Positions 21,203 to 23,387 of a DNA stretch of 23,387 nt are shown piece by piece. The number at the start of each line of letters is the position of its first letter. Within the stretch, counting starts at the first letter, position 1. The position numbers and the translations under genes are program-made. Location of the stretch: assembly GCA_030141605.1 (NCBI GenBank), contig JAQGDQ010001851.1, forward strand, positions 1 to 23,387, given 5' to 3'. The notes under the pieces are model-generated. The model was not told where the DNA came from, ran no database searches, and was given only the letters and a program-made list of their open reading frames with translations. The DNA comes from Tubiluchus corallicola (Eukaryota > Animalia > Priapulida).

Positions 21203-21812
21203 GTGACTTCATGGTAGTTTAAAGGTGAATGTAGTGACATCGTGGTAGTCTAATGGTGAATGTAGTGACTTCATGATAGTTTAAAGGTGAATGTAGTGAC
21301 ATCGTGGTAGTTTAATGGTGAATGTAGTGACTTCATGATAGTTTAAAGGTGAATGTAGTGACATTATGGTAGTTTAATGGTGAATGTAGTGACTTCATGA
21401 TAGTTTAAAGGTGAATGTAGTGACATCATGGTAGTCTAATGGGGAATGTAGTGACTTCATGATAGTTTAAAGGTGAATGTAGTGACATCATGGTAGTTTA
21501 ATGGTGAATGTAGTGACTGCATGATAGTTTAAAGGTGGTTTTAGTGACATCATGGTAGTTTAATGGTGAATGTAGTGACTTCATGATAGTTTAAAGGTGA
21601 ATGTAGTGACATCATGGTAGTCTAATGGGGAATGTATTTGACTTCATGATAGTTTTTAAAGGTGAATGTAGTGTCATGGTAGTTTAATGGTGAATGTAGT
21701 GACTTCATGATAGTTTAAAGGTGAATGTAGTGACATCATGGTAGTTTAATGGTGAATGTAGTGACTTCATGATAGTTTAAGGTGAATGTAGTGACATCAT
21801 GGTAGTCTAATG
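21203..21812. repeat. 31-bp minisatellite, ~20 copies, with 62-bp and 186-bp higher-order periods
   Basis: Alternating gtgacTtcatgAtagtttaaAggtgaatgta / gtgacAtcatgGtagtttaaTggtgaatgta; gtagtCtaat variant at 21245, 21431, 21617 and 21802. Confidence 0.95.
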
Positions 21813-22189
21813 TGTCCCCAATGTAGATCGAGTTAGTAACTTACAAACGCAGGTTTTTTACGTTACTGCGTATAGCTAGTTCAGCGAACAAAACCTAGAT
21901 TTATAACCATTGTTCAGCACCATTTGATGTAAAGTTTTAGATCCAATACGTAGAAAGAAAATTATCTTTAGATATAGAAATTTGCGAGCTATATTCTTTA
22001 TCGTGTACAGCAAGAAATCGTACCGTAAACCAAACTAAATATGTCTTTGTTTAGAAATTGATCTAGTTAAAGGCATGAACTGTATTGAAGCCCATATGAA
22101 TAAAGCGGAAATTAGATTCTCCCCAAGGAAAGGGCAATTTTAAAGTACATCCCTATAAACTTTCCATACCAAGTTGTATATTACTTAGC

Positions 22190-22950
22190 ATTGCGCTTAC
22201 CTGTTTGAAAACTTTGTGTATTTAAAAAAGGAAAATTCTTAATAATTTGAAATGTTTTACGCCACGTGGTAAAAGTAAGTAAGTAAGCAATTTATTGTCA
22301 TTAAATTATAATGCATACAATGAAATTTATGTAGTTTTACGTACTGCAATAACTTATGGAAAAGAATAGGAGATTAGCATAAATAACTCAATCAGTTGTA
22401 CAGTGACATAAAGCATTAATATTGGAGATTTACTGTTTATGTGCGAATTGCACCGTTAATTGAGCTGAATCTACGACCAGAAGGCAGCATTTCAAAATAT
22501 TTGTTACCTGGATGGAATTCATCTTTCATGATAACTTGCGCTCTCTTTTCGACCCTAATTTCGTGCAAACATGCCATACAAAAACGGCAGTGCACCACCT
22601 TCCCAGTGTGCACCAGTGACTCACCAAAAAACAACACATTATTGATCTCATTGACAACATAAAGTAATTAAAACTTTTGCTTAGTCAGCGAAGACTGTGC
22701 TACGCATGCGCCGGTCATTTTTTCAAACTCAACTTCATCTAAAATTGTTTCAAATGACTTTCCGTTAAAATGTCTGCACCTGATGGTCATCGCGGGAGAT
22801 TAAATTTACAAGTTTAATACAGCGTTACTGTTGACGCAAGCCCTGAATGCAATAATACAGCACCATAAGTGATGTAAAATTTCAAGTCCAGTTTTTAAGT
22901 TTTATTTATGAAGAGCATTTTCTTCTGCTTTAAATATTTTAGTTTATTGA
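22190..22950 (-). repeat. Family A copy (22190-22274 plus 22581-22950) split by a LINE insertion
   Basis: gcgcttacctgtttgaaa...tggtaaaa | ...gtgcacc...gactcacc...aaacttttgcttag; collinear with the unsplit copy at 11060-11290. Confidence 0.8.
22275..22580 (-). mobile_element. Rex1/Babar-like LINE 3' fragment with (CTTA)n tail
   Basis: LHEIRVEKRAQVIMKDEFHPGNKYFEMLPSGRRFSSI matches the Rex1-type A..I..D..HP....F.lLPSGRR motif; minus strand ends caataaattgcttacttacttac. Confidence 0.85.
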
Positions 22951-23094
22951 TGAAAACAATCATTTCTATGGAGATTGTTCTCGGCGACACTAAAATTTTT
23001 ACAAGCGCCGGTTGCTTCCTCACCTCTTTAAACTAGAACCTCTGATTCATTAATGAAAATCTGTCAACGCTGCGTGGCCATGTGATTTCACTAA

Positions 23095-23160
23095 CGCGCA
23101 TGCGCGAGGACTTCATCAGGCAAAAGCGTAAAACAAGAGCCGAGCCGTGCGGAAGTATTG
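23095..23160. promoter_or_regulatory. Possible promoter-proximal element: NRF1-type palindrome plus ETS core
   Basis: cgcgcatgcgcg at 23095-23106 and cggaagt at 23150-23156 in a locally CpG-rich patch; no gene visible in the window. Confidence 0.25.
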
Positions 23161-23387
23161 AATCCCCTCTTGGCCGTGCGGTAAGACGTGGGTTGCCTTT
23201 TCATTGCGTTGTTCAACAGAGCGTGGTGTTAATAGATTTTAAAACCTGCTAATGTAGTGTTGCCCGTAAGGAGTTCAGGGTATTCAGCAAAAGTTTCGCC
23301 ACGTTGAAGTTTAATAAAATTCAGCAGTCTGATATAAAGCAGTTAAGTTGGCAACGGCTTAAATTGATATGAGGCTTAGTCATTTTT

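Noticed and set aside
21203-21812. CRISPR array
   Set aside because: Head-to-tail 31-bp units with no spacers, in a eukaryotic repeat context

Overview
AT-rich, repeat-dense eukaryotic (probably invertebrate metazoan) DNA with no complete protein-coding gene that I can support. Most ORF-track hits are microsatellite or minisatellite read-throughs. The window is a layered record of mobile DNA: 3' remnants of several non-LTR retrotransposon lineages (CR1/L2-like, L1/Tx1-like, RTEX-like CCHC ends, an I/R1-like end embedded in a (GAGT)n field, a Rex1/Babar-like end), a BEL/Pao pol remnant split by a hAT MITE with a perfect 8-bp TSD, two probable solo LTRs, several MITE/foldback elements, about ten pieces of one old dispersed repeat family, and minisatellites of 30, 43, 29, 92 and 31 bp. 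The most unusual structures are: (i) a ~540-bp, ~97%-identical inverted duplication (1-540 / 1994-2541) enclosing an indel-free 26x30-bp repeat open on both strands plus a candidate exon; (ii) a telomere-like hexamer array enclosed by inverted termini; (iii) a long palindrome apparently split by an inserted foldback segment; (iv) a minisatellite with nested 31/62/186-bp periodicity. Family assignments come from motif recognition by eye, not database searches, and identities are hand estimates. I found no convincing novel multi-gene system.
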